Below, in pieces: positions 1-12,492 of a stretch of 62,392 nucleotides of DNA. The notes beneath the pieces were generated by a model. It saw only the letters and a program-made list of their open reading frames with translations, did no database searches and was not told the DNA's origin. The first letter of the stretch is position 1. Every line of letters starts with the position of its first letter. This DNA comes from Octopus bimaculoides (lineage: Eukaryota), in NCBI RefSeq assembly GCF_001194135.2, contig NC_068981.1, positions 74,564,456 to 74,626,847 on the forward strand, written 5' to 3'. The position numbers and the translations under genes were made by a program.

Positions 1-544
1 AAAAAAAAAAAAAAAAAAAAAAAAAAAGAAAAGAAAAAAAGTAGGCTGAATCTCTCTCTCTCTCTCTGTCTTTCTGTCTGTCTGTCTCGCTCTTTCATAA
101 AAAAGAAAAGAATCATGCTGAGAAATGAGGTTATGTGATGCTCTTGCCTTTCTCAAGAACAAAGATATGATGTGAAGAAATGGCTTCTACTTGCAATCAC
201 CAGTTCAGGTTGCAATTTTTAGTTTGTGTGTGTATGTAAGTTTGGTTCTCTGGGTACCTACTACCTTCTTTCTGTCCTGTGAAACTTGTTAATTTCACTA
301 AGCTATCATCATATTGATTTCTTTTGACTGATAATCTTTGAATTGGTACCATTATATTATTGGTACTTTATTGATTTACCACCATTCTGTCATTGTCACA
401 TTCACATTTAGAGTGAGGGTATGTACGAAGTGACTTTGGTGGAATTCTAAACGAGAGGTACAAAAACAAAATACTGTAATGTATTCACTCTTTCTCTGTT
501 GCACTATTCTATTTTCTATGTCTCAAACTCTGTTCATATTAACC

Positions 545-731
545 CTTTCTGCTATAGGCACAGGCCTGAAATTTTGGGGGAGGAGACCAGTTGATTACAC
601 TGGCCCAAGTGTGTAACTGGTAATTAGTTCATTGACCCCAGCAGCATTTGAACTCAGAATGTGAAGACAGATGATAATACCACTAAGCATTTTGCCTGGC
701 GGTGCTAATGACTCTGCCAGGTTGCTGCTTT
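545..731 (-). mobile_element. SINE family B (tRNA-like head, ...GGCCTGTGCCT tail), decayed copy
   Basis: Homologous to the copies at 887-1099, 1836-2044 and 28893-29115. Confidence 0.75.
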
Positions 732-886
732 AACTCTGCCCATATTAATGAAAATATTACAATGCCTTCATGTCCACCACATCTATGTTAATGTCATTGT
801 AGTTATTCCAAGCACTTAAATAGGGAAGAAAACATAATTGAATTATACCATTTCACCTTATGGTAATCTGTTTGATTGATAATATT

Positions 887-1099
887 CCTTTCTGCTAAAG
901 GCACTAGGCCTGAAATTTTGAGGGAGGGGCAAGTCGATTATATCAACCGCAGTATGTAACTGGTACTTATTTTATCGACAACCAAAAGATGAAGGACAAC
1001 GTTGACCTTGGCAGAGTTTGAATTCAGAATGTAAAGACGGGTGAAGTGCTGCTAAGCATTTTGCCTGGCATGCTAACAATTCTAGCAGTTTGCCACCTT
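887..1099 (-). mobile_element. SINE family B with 18-bp TSD
   Basis: TGTTTGATTGATAATATT at 869-886 and 1100-1117. Body has GAGTTCAAAT-type B box and GCCTTTCATCCTTTCGGGGTCGATAAA-type core. Confidence 0.85.
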
Positions 1100-1161
1100 T
1101 GTTTGATTGATAATATTACTGGTGAGTTTTTTGATTAGTTGCTTTCATAATTAAATGAGTA

Positions 1162-1718
1162 CAGTAATGCCTTGATATATGAGCTAATTTGTTCCCGGAG
1201 ACTACTTGTAAAGCGTAAACTTGTAAAGCAGAACAATAATTTCCCATAGTATCAATGTTATAAATCAATTTGTTCCCGGAAAAATATTTTTGTCTGTAAA
1301 ATTTATAATATTCGTAAATAAATGACAATAAAACAACAGTAGAATGTAAAGAATATTTTTTGTAAAGTAAAATAATGTCAAGATCATTTATGGTAAAAAA
1401 AATATTATCAGAATTGTTTTTTGAATCACTTTCACTCGCACTAGACTCACGTGCACCATCACTTGTAGATGCAATTGCCGATTCACAAACACTAGTAGAC
1501 AGACTTGTAGATTTCTTTTTAAAAGACAAGTCTAGAGTTGTTTGCTAAGAAGAAGCTTTTTTTTGCTCTCTATAAATTTCTTAGTAACACGCAGAAGCAT
1601 TTGTTAATGGTAGTAGAAAATTTGCACTTTGTTCAATATTTGAATTTTTTGCTTGAAAAATAAAGCACGTAAACCGATGATCTCGTTAAGTGAGCTCTCG
1701 TAAAGTGAGGTATTACTG
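1162..1718 (-). mobile_element. pogo/Tigger-type non-autonomous DNA transposon (internal deletion derivative)
   Basis: TA on both sides (1160-1161, 1719-1720). Imperfect 22-bp TIRs: CAGTAATGCCTTGATATATGAG and CAGTAATACCTCACTTTACGAG (reverse complement). Minus-strand remnant NIEQSANFLLPLTNASACY*EIYREQKKASS*QTTLDLSFKKK resembles the Tigger transposase C-terminus (LSNSIACYREIF...QTSLLSYFKK). Confidence 0.8.
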
Positions 1719-1835
1719 TACTCACTTTCTACCTGTATGTCTTTGTGTGTTAACATTTGCTTGGGATGGGTTTGAGTTGGCACCAACCTCTGGAATTTCA
1801 CTGCATCATGAGCAAAAGCTGATCACACTCAGTAA

Positions 1836-2044
1836 TCATTCTTTTCTATTCTAGGCACAAGGCCTGAAATTTTTGGGGAGGGGTCCAGTCAATTAGTTCG
1901 ACCCCAGTATGCAACTGGTACTTAATTTATCAACCCCCGAAAGGATGAAAGGCAAAGTCGACCTCAGTGGAATTTGAACTCAGAACGTAAAGACAGACAA
2001 AATACTGCTAAGTATTTCGCCTGGTGTGCTAATGTTTCTGCAGC
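1836..2044 (-). mobile_element. SINE family B
   Basis: Well-preserved core CCCCGAAAGGATGAAAGGCAAAGTCGACCTC...ATTTGAACTCAGAACG. Confidence 0.85.
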
Positions 2045-4076
2045 AGATCATCAGCTATTGCTGGGACTCTGATGTTAAATACCATATATGAGGACCAAAC
2101 ATTGTTTCAAGGTCTGGCCCTGCACAATTAAAAAATTTTGGTTCCTTCATATATATATAATTCAAAATATAAACAATAATAAACCATAAAATAAATTTTT
2201 TATTTTTCAGAATAAAACAAAACTAACAGTAAAATAGAAAATAATGTTTATTTTTGTATACATCGGCTTCATTTATATTTTCTCTTACTCTTTTCACTAT
2301 GACATCATGGACATTTCAGAATCATATTTCTGATCATATAAATCACTTCAAATATTATATTAGCAAATTTAAAGTGATTTCTTTTGTGCCATAAACCATT
2401 TACCATTCTCTGGTGATCCCCTTCCCTTGATACCCAAAGCATAATGGTTAATCCAGCACTGGATCTGGCTCAATCTCACCGATCCATATTTTCAAATATT
2501 CGTATCACCAATTCACAATCCTGAGAAGAACAATGGCAGAGCTGCATTGCATATAAGTTTGCCCTACGGATGGCAAAGTATGTGGTCAAACCAAATAGTG
2601 GCATGTTTTGAGCAGCAGTTGTTGGAAGTAAGCAATCCAACAGAGATGATGAACTCAGTTATTTGTTTGTAGTTAAAAAGTTTACTTTGCAATCACAGGG
2701 TTCCAGATATAATGCTGTTACATTGCTCTAGATTTGGTGCTAAGTATCTCCTACCACAGCCTCAGGTCAAACTAAACCTCATGTGTGGAATTGGGTAGAT
2801 GCAGATTGTGTGGTAACCTACATCAGAGTGTATCTGGTTTTATTGAGAGACATTATACAATGTCTGTTTTGAAAGCACCATCTGGCATTCAGATGCCTTT
2901 ACAGGAGTCCGCTCTATTGCAAACATTTGGACCAAGCCTCTTCTCTAGCAGGATAACTCGGTATCTTTATGTGATACTTTCTTGTTATCTTTTGCAATAA
3001 ACCATGACTTGGGATTTCTTTTTCTCTTTCCTCTTGCCTAAGTTCTGTGAATGTCTTGCATGGATACCGCCCTTCCTTATCTAAGACAATGTTAATAACC
3101 AGGAAAAAAAAATGGTTTACCTGATTATCTTCATCTGTGTATATATACATGTGTGTATGTATGTATGTATGTGTGTAAAGTTAGGAAGTGTGAGAGATGA
3201 AGATAGTTATTTATTCATCTGACTTCCATATGATTTCAGCTGTTTTATAACCTTCATGTAGTATTAATTTCAGTATGTAAAAGAATTACATGTGCATGTT
3301 TGTACACACACCAGTTTGACTCAACTCAAACCAAATGTATTGACTCCTACTTATTTTCATTTGGCTGCTTACTCGCGTGTGTGTGTGTGTGTGTGATGTA
3401 GCTTGTGGCTAATCAATGAGAATGTAATTAACCATTCTGTTAATATAAAGAAAACATTTTTTTTTATTATTAGATTAATGGAATACAGTTTTAAATTGCA
3501 TGTAGGCATCCTGATATGCACACACACATGCAATCACATTTTGAATAATTGTTAACCTCACTCCATTTACATTGCTAATCCTCTTCTACATGTCATCTTA
3601 TGTCCCAAGTAAGAAAAAAGAACAAAAACGTTTGGAAATTCAATTTCAAAGAAGTGATATACAACAATATTGAAACATTATATAGATACATGGGTGTAGG
3701 ATTTGAAACTAAGTTGCATGAAACCATCAAGCTATGTGACCCCCTTCATCATTTAGTTAGTCACTGTGTCTTGGTTTTTTGTTTTTCACTTGTACAATTT
3801 AATTATCACTCATCTAAAATGATACATCCACAAATAAATTGCTATAGAATCACTAACATCTTTCTCACACCAAGTTCATTGTTCATTTCCTCTGTATATT
3901 TTTTTTTTCTTCTTCTCAGCTTTTATCTTCTTTATTATAAGCAATAAATGAGTCTACAAGAAGAAAGAGGTGTAGAGGAAATGGTAAAGATCTGTTATAA
4001 GAATGGTGTAATTAAATTTAAGTGCTTGGTCTTTGTCATAGGATGTGAGAACCTTTTTGTAGAGTCCCTGTAGCTA

Positions 4077-4108
<32 letters not shown>

Positions 4109-4317
4109 TTTTGTTACTTTAGAAATTGGTGTCTTATAACAACAAAGGCAAACATTACAAGCCAAGAACCTTCTGGTGGCTCTTTCTCTTTTTAATGTGA
4201 TTCTTCCTTTCAGTAGTATTTTGTATAACCGTACTTAGATAATTGTATACAAACAGATTAAAACACATCACATACACCCACACATTAATGCATCATACAT
4301 TGCAGCTGCAGTTTCAC

Positions 4318-4510
4318 CACATGTGGCAGTCACAGCATATGTGGCATTTGCACCACATGTGGCAGTTGCGTCACACACCATGTCACATGTGGCAGTTGCA
4401 TCACACACCATGTCACATGTGGTAGTTGCATCACACATCACATCACATGTGGCAGTTGCATCACACGTCCTGTCACACGTGGCAGTTGCATCACACATCA
4501 CATCACACAC
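4318..4510. repeat. Minisatellite, 30-bp unit CACATGTGGCAGTTGCATCACACAYCAYRT (about 5 units plus 18-bp precursors)
   Basis: Units are directly visible from 4354. Confidence 0.9.
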
Positions 4511-7111
4511 TAAAACATTTTACACTATAATCATATCATGTTCCGTAATCACATTATTATTATGGCTGGGTTACCACCCATGCTGCAGCAACAAAATCCA
4601 CCCACAACACTTCTCGATCCATCATCACTGCTTCTAAGTCCTGGAATCATTCTAAGCCATTGTCTGCAATCAAGTTGTCTATGTAAGTGTGACAACATTT
4701 TCCTCTTCTTACATCACTGTGAAGCAGATTCCACAAGAGTCCAGTTGAATGAGGGGTGAATATAATGAATGAAGTTCAGGGTAGTCCATATGCAACATAA
4801 CTGTATCCTTTACAAAAGCATTGTGCATCACATGGACCACATGGCACACATGCATCACACATAGGACACATGTACCACACCCATAATACATTGTGCATCA
4901 GGGATCAATCTTGTATTTCACAGATATCATATACTAATGAAATACTCTTACATTACTCAGTCATTGGATTGTGCCCATGCTGGGGTACTTGCTTATATGC
5001 ATTCACATAACATGAAAAATTAACATGATACATGGAAAATTTACAAGTAACATATGTATGCATGCATGCATATTCATACACATATAAGAAAGAATAAATA
5101 ACACACATTTATATAATTATGAAATACTAGTGGACTGAAATTTAATAAGCGATGATCATGGACCTCTGTTCAAATTTTATTAATTTATTGATTTTCTTTC
5201 TTTGTTTTTATTATTTTTTTATTTAATATTTCTTATGCTAATTGTATAGATGCAACTATGTTGTTGTGCCTATATTTTAAAAATCCTTACTAATGACTAG
5301 TGTAGGCTTATAAAAGTCACAAATGCAAATAATGTTGGTCTACTTGTAACAACTCCTTTGCAGAGTTCTCTGAGATTCCTCAGAATTGGTGTTTTACAAC
5401 AAGATTTCAAATCATCAAATTCTTAAATAATAGTATAGGTTAAGCAAGCACATTCTTTGAGAGATTTCTTATATCACACAATTTTAAAACAGTTGTTATA
5501 TGCTAATGATTGGAATATAATGTGTCAAATATTACTTATAATTTCAAAATTTTTAGCCTATTTATGCTTAAAATAAATGATTTTTTATGTTATATTTATT
5601 ATTGTACACATTTCTTGTAGCAAACGTATTACTTTTTATTTCGGAGGTATACTTGACTGGCAAGCGATTTTATATGAGACTGTGTGTTGACACTAAAAGG
5701 ATTGCAATGTAAAGGGACGTGTATTGGCTATTCAAAAAATGCACAAAGACTGTTGACTTCATTTAATCATTTCTTCTTTAGGCATCAAAATTATTGTTGT
5801 GCAAACTGCAATCTGGTCTCTGACATGAATTACATGCAGCTTATGTAATATCTACTATAATAATACTCTTGTATTTTTCTCCATCACAACATATGAATGA
5901 GAAAGGAAAGGGTGATGGCAAACTGGTAGTGGGAGTGTTTCAACTCTGTGTGAATATATGTGTGTATGTAAAACGGAGGTATGTAAATGTTGGAAGTGGG
6001 ATAGTGAACATTCAATACTGAAAAGAAAAGTCAAACAGCGTTTCAACTCTGTGTGAGTATATGTGTGTATATATGTGTGTGTGTACAAGGGAAGTATGTG
6101 GAAATTTGCATGTGCGAACCAGCGTTCTTTCAGTAACAAACGATGATCGATGTCACATCTTAAAAGACAACCACTAGATAACATTGACAAGTGTATTAAT
6201 TTGATTTACCATCCATATTCTGTTTTGTTAAAAATAATTATTACAGTCACACACACCTACACAAACATATACATATATAGACTCATTAGAGAGAATAATT
6301 ATTACCTGAGTGTATCAAGAATATCAAATAACCGCGGTTGAAAGGTATATTATAAATTTGGTAATAAATGAATTATTAAACTAAAAGCTTGGTTTTATAC
6401 CTCGTTTATATATATAAAATACTACAATTGGCCGTTATTTTTGACGGCATGGGGCCAGGTAGTTGTTTTATAATCTCTGTGTAATGGGGTTGGATTGAAA
6501 ACATTGGTAGAGCATCAGATGAAATGCCTTTTGTATTTGGTTATGTCTCTTCATTTTATGAGTTCAAACCCTACTTGGGCTAACTGGTTTGCCTCTTTCT
6601 GTGTTCAATAAAATGAGTACTTGGGGTCAATATAATTGACTCAAATCTCTTGCAAGTTGTTGCCCTGTATGAGCATGCATATGTATAATGACAATTATTC
6701 CATGTACTCTTTTCTCCTCTCGTTACTCTGACACACGCACGCACGTACGCTCGCTCACTCACTCACTCGTTCACTCACCCCTCACTCACTCCCTCTCTCT
6801 CTCTTTTGCTCTCCTTGCCTTCTGTTACCTAGGAAAAGCTAGCTTTAACAGAACATCAATAGAATTTGAATACTGAACTTTGTTAAATGAAATAAACCAA
6901 ATATTTACTATAAGTAGGTGCAGGTATGGTTGTGTGCTTAAGAGATTTGCTTCGCAACCACATGGTTTCAGGTTCCATACTATTGTGCAACACCTTGGGA
7001 AAGTGTCTTCTAAAGCCTTCACCTGATCGAGAGTGGAATTGGAAACTGGAAACTGTATGGAAACCTGCTCTGTGTGTATGCATATGAATGCTTATATTTC
7101 TTGTTGACAGT

Positions 7112-7585
7112 GAAATCAAAATCGAGTTAAATTCGACGACTGGCACCCATGCCAACGTCGTCTCCTTCATTGGACACGAAACTCAGCTTGCGAAGACTTA
7201 TTGAGGCAAGCGAAAGCGAAATCGGGATGGCACCTGTGCCCATCGTCGCCTTTCTGGCACTTGTGCCCGTGACGTGTAAGGATTTTCGAGCGAGATCATT
7301 GCCAGTGCCCCTGGACTGGCTCTTGTGCGGGTGGCACATAAAATATACCATTTTGAGCATGGCCGTTGCCAGTACCGCCCGACTGGCCTTAATGCGGGTG
7401 ACACGTAAAAGCACCCACTACACTCTCTGAGTGGTTGGCATTAGGAAGGGCATCCAGCTGTAGAAACTCTGCCAAATCATATTGGAGCCTGGTGTAGCCA
7501 TCTGGTTTCACCAGTCCTCAGTCAAATCGTCCAACCCATGCTAGCATGGAAAGCGGACGTTAAACGATGTTGATGATGATGATGA
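7112..7585 (+). mobile_element. Family C: 3' end of an RTE-like non-LTR retroelement or derived SINE, (GAT)n tail
   Basis: Ends GAGTGGTTGGCATTAGGAAGGGCATCCAGCTGTAGAAAC...CAACCCATGCTAGCATGGAAAGCGGACGTTAAACGATG(AT)GATGAT. CpG-rich, so probably young. RTE assignment is by tail resemblance only. Confidence 0.75.
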
Positions 7586-7960
7586 TTACAACTGGCCTCT
7601 GTGTGCATTTTAGAGACCAGTGGAATATAAGATCTCTTGCTTGAAAAACAGGTGAGGGTTGGCAACAGGAAAGGCATCTTACTTCAAAGATGTCTCTGTA
7701 CAGCCCATGCTGACATGAAAACAAGAAAAAGAAAAAAACATGCCAAAATGAACAAATAAAATCCTTTAGTATATCTCTTTAACATTTCTATGAGCACAAT
7801 TAACTTTTGTGCTTTAAAATTTTTTTTCACTCTATCAAACGAACTTCAACTGTACAATTTGGATTTTTTTTTTTATTGCTAGGTTATTTATTTAATCACA
7901 TTCATTTTTTGCAAATGTGTGGAAACAGATTTACAAATTTTCACTTTTTGTGCATATCGC

Positions 7961-8040
7961 GTGAATAATTGATTTTACAGTGTGATGCTTCTCTACTACT
8001 ACTACTACCACCACCACCACCACCACCACTGCTGCTGCTG

Positions 8041-8071
<31 letters not shown>

Positions 8072-8100
8072 ACTGTGAAACCAGGAGTAACAGAACCTGT
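7961..8100. repeat. Inverted duplicate of 8651-8777
   Basis: The reverse complement shares GTTCTGTTACTCC.GTTTCACAGTTGAGTAGTAGTAG and AAGCATCACACTGTAAAATCAA. It also shows in the ORF track as QVLLLLVSQLSSSS on opposite strands. Confidence 0.9.
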
Positions 8101-8452
8101 TTCGTGGCGAGCACACTAAGAGTTGTGTTCTTGCTATGATAACAGTTATGCAACAGTTATTCAGCAGGAATTACAAATGCTAAGTGTCAATGAAGTACTT
8201 AGATAAAGTATTATTGTGACATGTTATCTAGCACCGAAACTGTGCTTTTGTCTTTTGATTAGTTTCAGTATATCTAAGAATTTCAAATCTTCCTCCTGTC
8301 TGAATAAACTTATACCAAGAATGGAATAATAACTTAAAGATGTATGGAGTTATCTCTTGCTTTTACAATCTACCACCTCACATGTATATATCTTTAAATT
8401 TTTTAATTGTTTCAGTTTCAAAGCTGCGGTCATGCTGGGGCACCACCATATT

Positions 8453-8940
8453 CCTTTACTTGTTTCAGTTATTAGATTGTGGCCCATGCTGGAGCATCGC
8501 TTTCAAGGGTTTTAGTCAAACAAATTGTCCCCAGGACTAATTTTTTTTTAAACCTAGTACTTATTCTATTGGTCTCTTTTGCCAAGCCGTTAAGTTACAG
8601 GGATGTAAACACACCAACACTGGTTGTCAAGCAGTAATGGAGGGACAAACACAAGTTCTGTTACTCCTTGTTTCACAGTTGAGTAGTAGTAGTGGCAGTA
8701 ATAGTGGTGGTAATGATGGGGGTAGAGGTGGTGGTGGTAGTAAAGACAAGCATCACACTGTAAAATCAACTACTCACAAAGATATACACACACATGATGG
8801 GCTTCTTTCAGTTTCCATCTACTAAATCTACTCACAAGGATTTGGTCTGCCTGAGGCTATAGTAGAAGACACTTGCCCAAGGTGCCATGCCGTGGGAGTG
8901 AACTCGGAACCATGGGATGCAAGCTTCTTACCACCTAGCC
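8453..8940 (-). mobile_element. SINE family A, full length, with unusual central insert
   Basis: Same head and tail 1 as 39016-39419. The centre (8651-8777) is an inverted copy of 7961-8100. Confidence 0.8.
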
Positions 8941-9517
8941 ATATATATATATATATATATACATACATACATTGTTTAGCATCCATTTTCCATGCTGGCA
9001 TGGGTTGGATGAATTGACAGGAGCTGACCAACTGAAGGGCTAGATTGGCCTTCATAATACCAATCGCTTTACAGTGTACTGGGTGCTTTTATGCAGCACT
9101 GGCATGGGTGATTTTTATGCAGCACTGGCATGGGTGATTTTTATGCAGCACCTATGAGCCCGCAAAATTAGGGATGCTTGGCTGGTGAGGGTTGCAGGAG
9201 ATGAGCCTGTATGTGAGGGCAACCACACTTTTAATTGATGTGTCCACTACCACCACCACCACCACCACTTTAGAGCATCGGTGTTGGTTTAAGACACTGA
9301 ATAAATAAGTACCTGACTTAAAAATATAAGTATTGGGGTCGTTTTGTTCAACTAAAACCCTTCAAGGCAATGCCCCAGCATGGCCACACACTTCAGTGAC
9401 TAAATCAAGTAAAAGATAAAGGTTCTAAACAGTGAAATTTTATTTTGCCTCTATAAAGATGATATAAAAGATTTTATCTCTTAAGTTACTTATTTTTGTT
9501 TTTCTTTATCTTTACAG

Positions 9518-9819
9518 AGAAAGCTTTTGATATCACATACGTGAGTATACGATTCCACTCGAGTCGTCCTGAAAGTTTTGCCATCTATAAAAGGACTACA
9601 GAAGATGGTGAATGGATACCTTACCAATACTACAGTTCTTCTTGTGAGCGTACCTATAACTTACGGCCGAAGTCTATTATTACTACATATGATGAGTCAA
9701 AAGCAGTTTGTAGTGATGAATTTAGTGATATATCTCCACTCTCTGGAGGCACAGTTGTCTTTAGTACTCTGGAAGGAAGACCTAGCAGTCGGAGATTTGA
9801 TACCAGTATAGTTTTACAG
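9518..9819 (+). CDS. LAMC1: Laminin gamma chain (LAMC1-like) internal exon, LN domain
   Basis: Polypyrimidine tract ending tttacag at 9517 and donor GTGAGT at 9820. The exon is 302 nt (2 nt + 100 codons): KAFDITYVSIRFHSSRPESFAIYKRTTEDGEWIPYQYYSSSCERTYNLRPKSIITTYDESKAVCSDEFSDISPLSGGTVVFSTLEGRPSSRRFDTSIVLQ. Motifs KAFDITY, SRPESFAIYKR, WIPYQYYS and DEFSDISPL.GG.V.FSTLEGRPS match laminin gamma LN rather than netrin. The symbol denotes family; exact orthology was not tested. Confidence 0.95.
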
Positions 9820-10478
9820 GTGAGTAATGTAATCTCTTTCTAATTTAATTACCTGTCTGTCTATCTTTCTATCTCTCAACAAGGCATGCAACCTGTCAAT
9901 CTACCAACCGATGACCGGTGTAAAAATGATGTTTACTCACAACCTCTACACTTATATCTTATGCAAGGTATATATATATATTATAAATTGTTTATGATTA
10001 ATTTAGAATAACCTTAAAATCTCAATTTAACTGTTGTTTTTCCAAATATTTTTGTCATTAATCTGGTGTCTGCAATATCAATTAAACTGAAATCTTGATG
10101 GAAGGTTTTAATTTAATCCTTTCAAAACAGAAAGTTTGTATCATCAAACCAAGGATGGTTTCAGGCAGGTTGGCATCATTCTTCCAGCACCATATTATCT
10201 CTCCTTCACCCCTTGAACTACAGTTGCCTCTTTCCCCACACTCTTGCGACCTAGCTAACAATATGCCATCTCTGTCTCTCTGTCTTTCTCGCCCTTCCTC
10301 TGTCTACTGTATCATTATTAATATTCTGCTGTTCCTTGACTCTTTCTGCACTATCAGTCTTCACTTACACTCATTTACCCTCCCCGCCCCCGCAACTCAT
10401 AACATTAACCGCTACATCCACACCTCACTCTGCCAATCTGTTCAGTCCTATATTTATCATCCCTCAACACTTGTCCTT

Positions 10479-10855
10479 CATCATCATCATCATCGTCGTT
10501 TAACGTCCGCTTTCCATGCTAGCATGGGTTGGACGATTTGACTGAGAACTGGTGAAAACCAGATGGCTACACCAGGGTCCAATCTAATTTAGCAGAGTTT
10601 CTACAGCTGGATGCCCTCCCTAACACCAACCACTCAGAAAGTGTAGTGGGTGCTTTTACGTGCCACTGGCATGAAGGCCAGTCAGGGGGGTACTGGCAAT
10701 GGCCACGCTCGAAATGGTGTATTTTACGTGCCACCTGCACAGGAGCCAGTCCAGCGGGACTGGCAACGAACTCGCTCGAATGTCTTTTCACGTGCCCCTG
10801 GCACAAGTGCCAGGAAGGCGACGTTGGTAACGGTCACGCTCAAATGGTGCTACCC
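10479..10855 (-). mobile_element. Family C retroelement 3' end
   Basis: Reverse complement of the 7112-7585 tail and body. Confidence 0.8.
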
Positions 10856-12176
10856 CTCATTCCTTCCTCATCTCTAGCCATTCCTTGCTCTCCAGATGCA
10901 CTCTTGCGACTTCTTTTCTCCACCTCTTTCCTTCTGTTGTCTCCATTCACTTCTACTCATCTCCTGCCCTGATACTTCATCACCACTGTTTTATCTCTCT
11001 TTCCAGCTTCACCTCATTTACTCCCACCCTCTCTTCTATACTGTGAGTAGCTATGTAGCTCCTTGGCAGCAAGTAGTCTGTTCTTTTATGACTCCCATCT
11101 CTTGTATCTTAACTTCTCAATTCTGAGAGGGGATCCTTGTCTTGCAAACTGTGTCGTGATCTAACTTTGCTTGTGCCATGAATAAAATTCTCAGTAAACT
11201 CTATAAAGAGGTTGGCATTAAAGAAGGCATTCATCCATAAAACCATTCCAAACAGACATTGGCACATGATGCAATCCTTGGCCCTGTCAGATCCAGTCAA
11301 ATTGTCCAACCCATGTCAGCATGGAAGACGGATATTAAAAATACCACAAAGAAGAGGATGGCAATGATATTTCCATGGCAATGGCAGTAATCAAAAATTC
11401 TTTGGTTTATTAAATAGTGTTCTTATGAATGACTTTTATCAGGAAGCTGCCTTGTTTTAGTTTTTTCCTACCTTGCAAGCTGTAGCAGTTGCATTTAGAG
11501 CATTGTTGTTCAAAAACATTGCTTTACGTGAATTTTAAAGCTGCTGTCTCTACCAGAGAAGATTAAAAAGAGAAAGTTATAATTAAGTTTGTTAGTGCTT
11601 TGGGTAATGAATTTGTTTTGTGTGCATTTTTCTACTGTTGTGTTCATTGTACAATGTGTTGTCCTCAAATGCAACAGTTTAGGTTATATTTGAGTTCTAT
11701 TGTCAGCTACTGTACATTTAAGTTTTTTTTTATGTTGAAATATTTTATTGTTGATCTTTTGCTGCAAGTTGCAAAAGACCTCACGGGTATCGTTGTTAAA
11801 AAAGAATGAACAAAGATGTATTGTGTGTTGGATTTTAACTTTGAATTGTTGCAAATATTTGTGCTAGTTAAAAAAAAAAAAAAAACACTTTTTGTTTCAT
11901 ATATCACAATTAGCAGTTAAAACCACAGTAAATTCAGTTTATATCAAAACTAAAAGATACAGACTGAGTCTAGCTTGATGCATACCACATTTATTCGCTG
12001 ATTATAAACATACAAGTGCAGGTGTGGCTATGTGGTAAGAAGCTTGCTTCCCAACTACATGGTTTCAGGTTCAGTCCCACTACATGGCACCTTGGGCAAA
12101 TGTCTTCTACTATAACTTTGGGTCCACCAAAGTTTTGTGAGTGGATATGGAAAACAGAAACTGAAAGAAGCCTACA

Positions 12177-12260
12177 GTTCTATGTTTAAGAGATGAGGAA
12201 TTATGTATATTATTTACATTTGACATGGATATTTGTTCTCATCTTGTTTGTTGTTAACAT
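12177..12260 (-). mobile_element. Second, 5'-truncated copy of the hammerhead-associated repeat
   Basis: TTTAAGAGATGAGGAATTATGTATATTATTTACATTTGAC...TCATCTTGTTTGTTGTTAACA matches 32830-32900. Confidence 0.75.
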
Positions 12261-12394
12261 GCAATAAATAAGGTTAGCTTCAGCAGAATAAAAAAGGGAC
12301 ATTTCAAAAATTATTTCACTATATTGATTGTAGTTAATAAAATTAGAATAACCTTCTTGTGTTTGTACATGATCAAATGTAGAGTAATATGATC

Positions 12395-12403
12395 TATATA
12401 TAA

Positions 12404-12442
<39 letters not shown>

Positions 12443-12455
12443 TATAGATATAGAT

Positions 12456-12492
<37 letters not shown>

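Noticed and set aside
4318-4510. CRISPR-like repeat-spacer array (also 51601-51688 and 16756-16925)
   Set aside because: The units are contiguous tandem repeats without unique spacers, in eukaryotic DNA.
7127-7430. Overlapping 70-95 aa ORFs recurring at 10567-10972, 34182-34460 and 37550-37740
   Set aside because: They are translations of the GC-rich family C repeat with no recognisable protein motif.
9518-9819. Netrin assignment for the LN exons
   Set aside because: KAFDITY, AIYKRT, PYQYYS and DEFSDISPL match laminin gamma. Netrin-1 has KKFEVTY, IYKSMDYG and PFQFYS.
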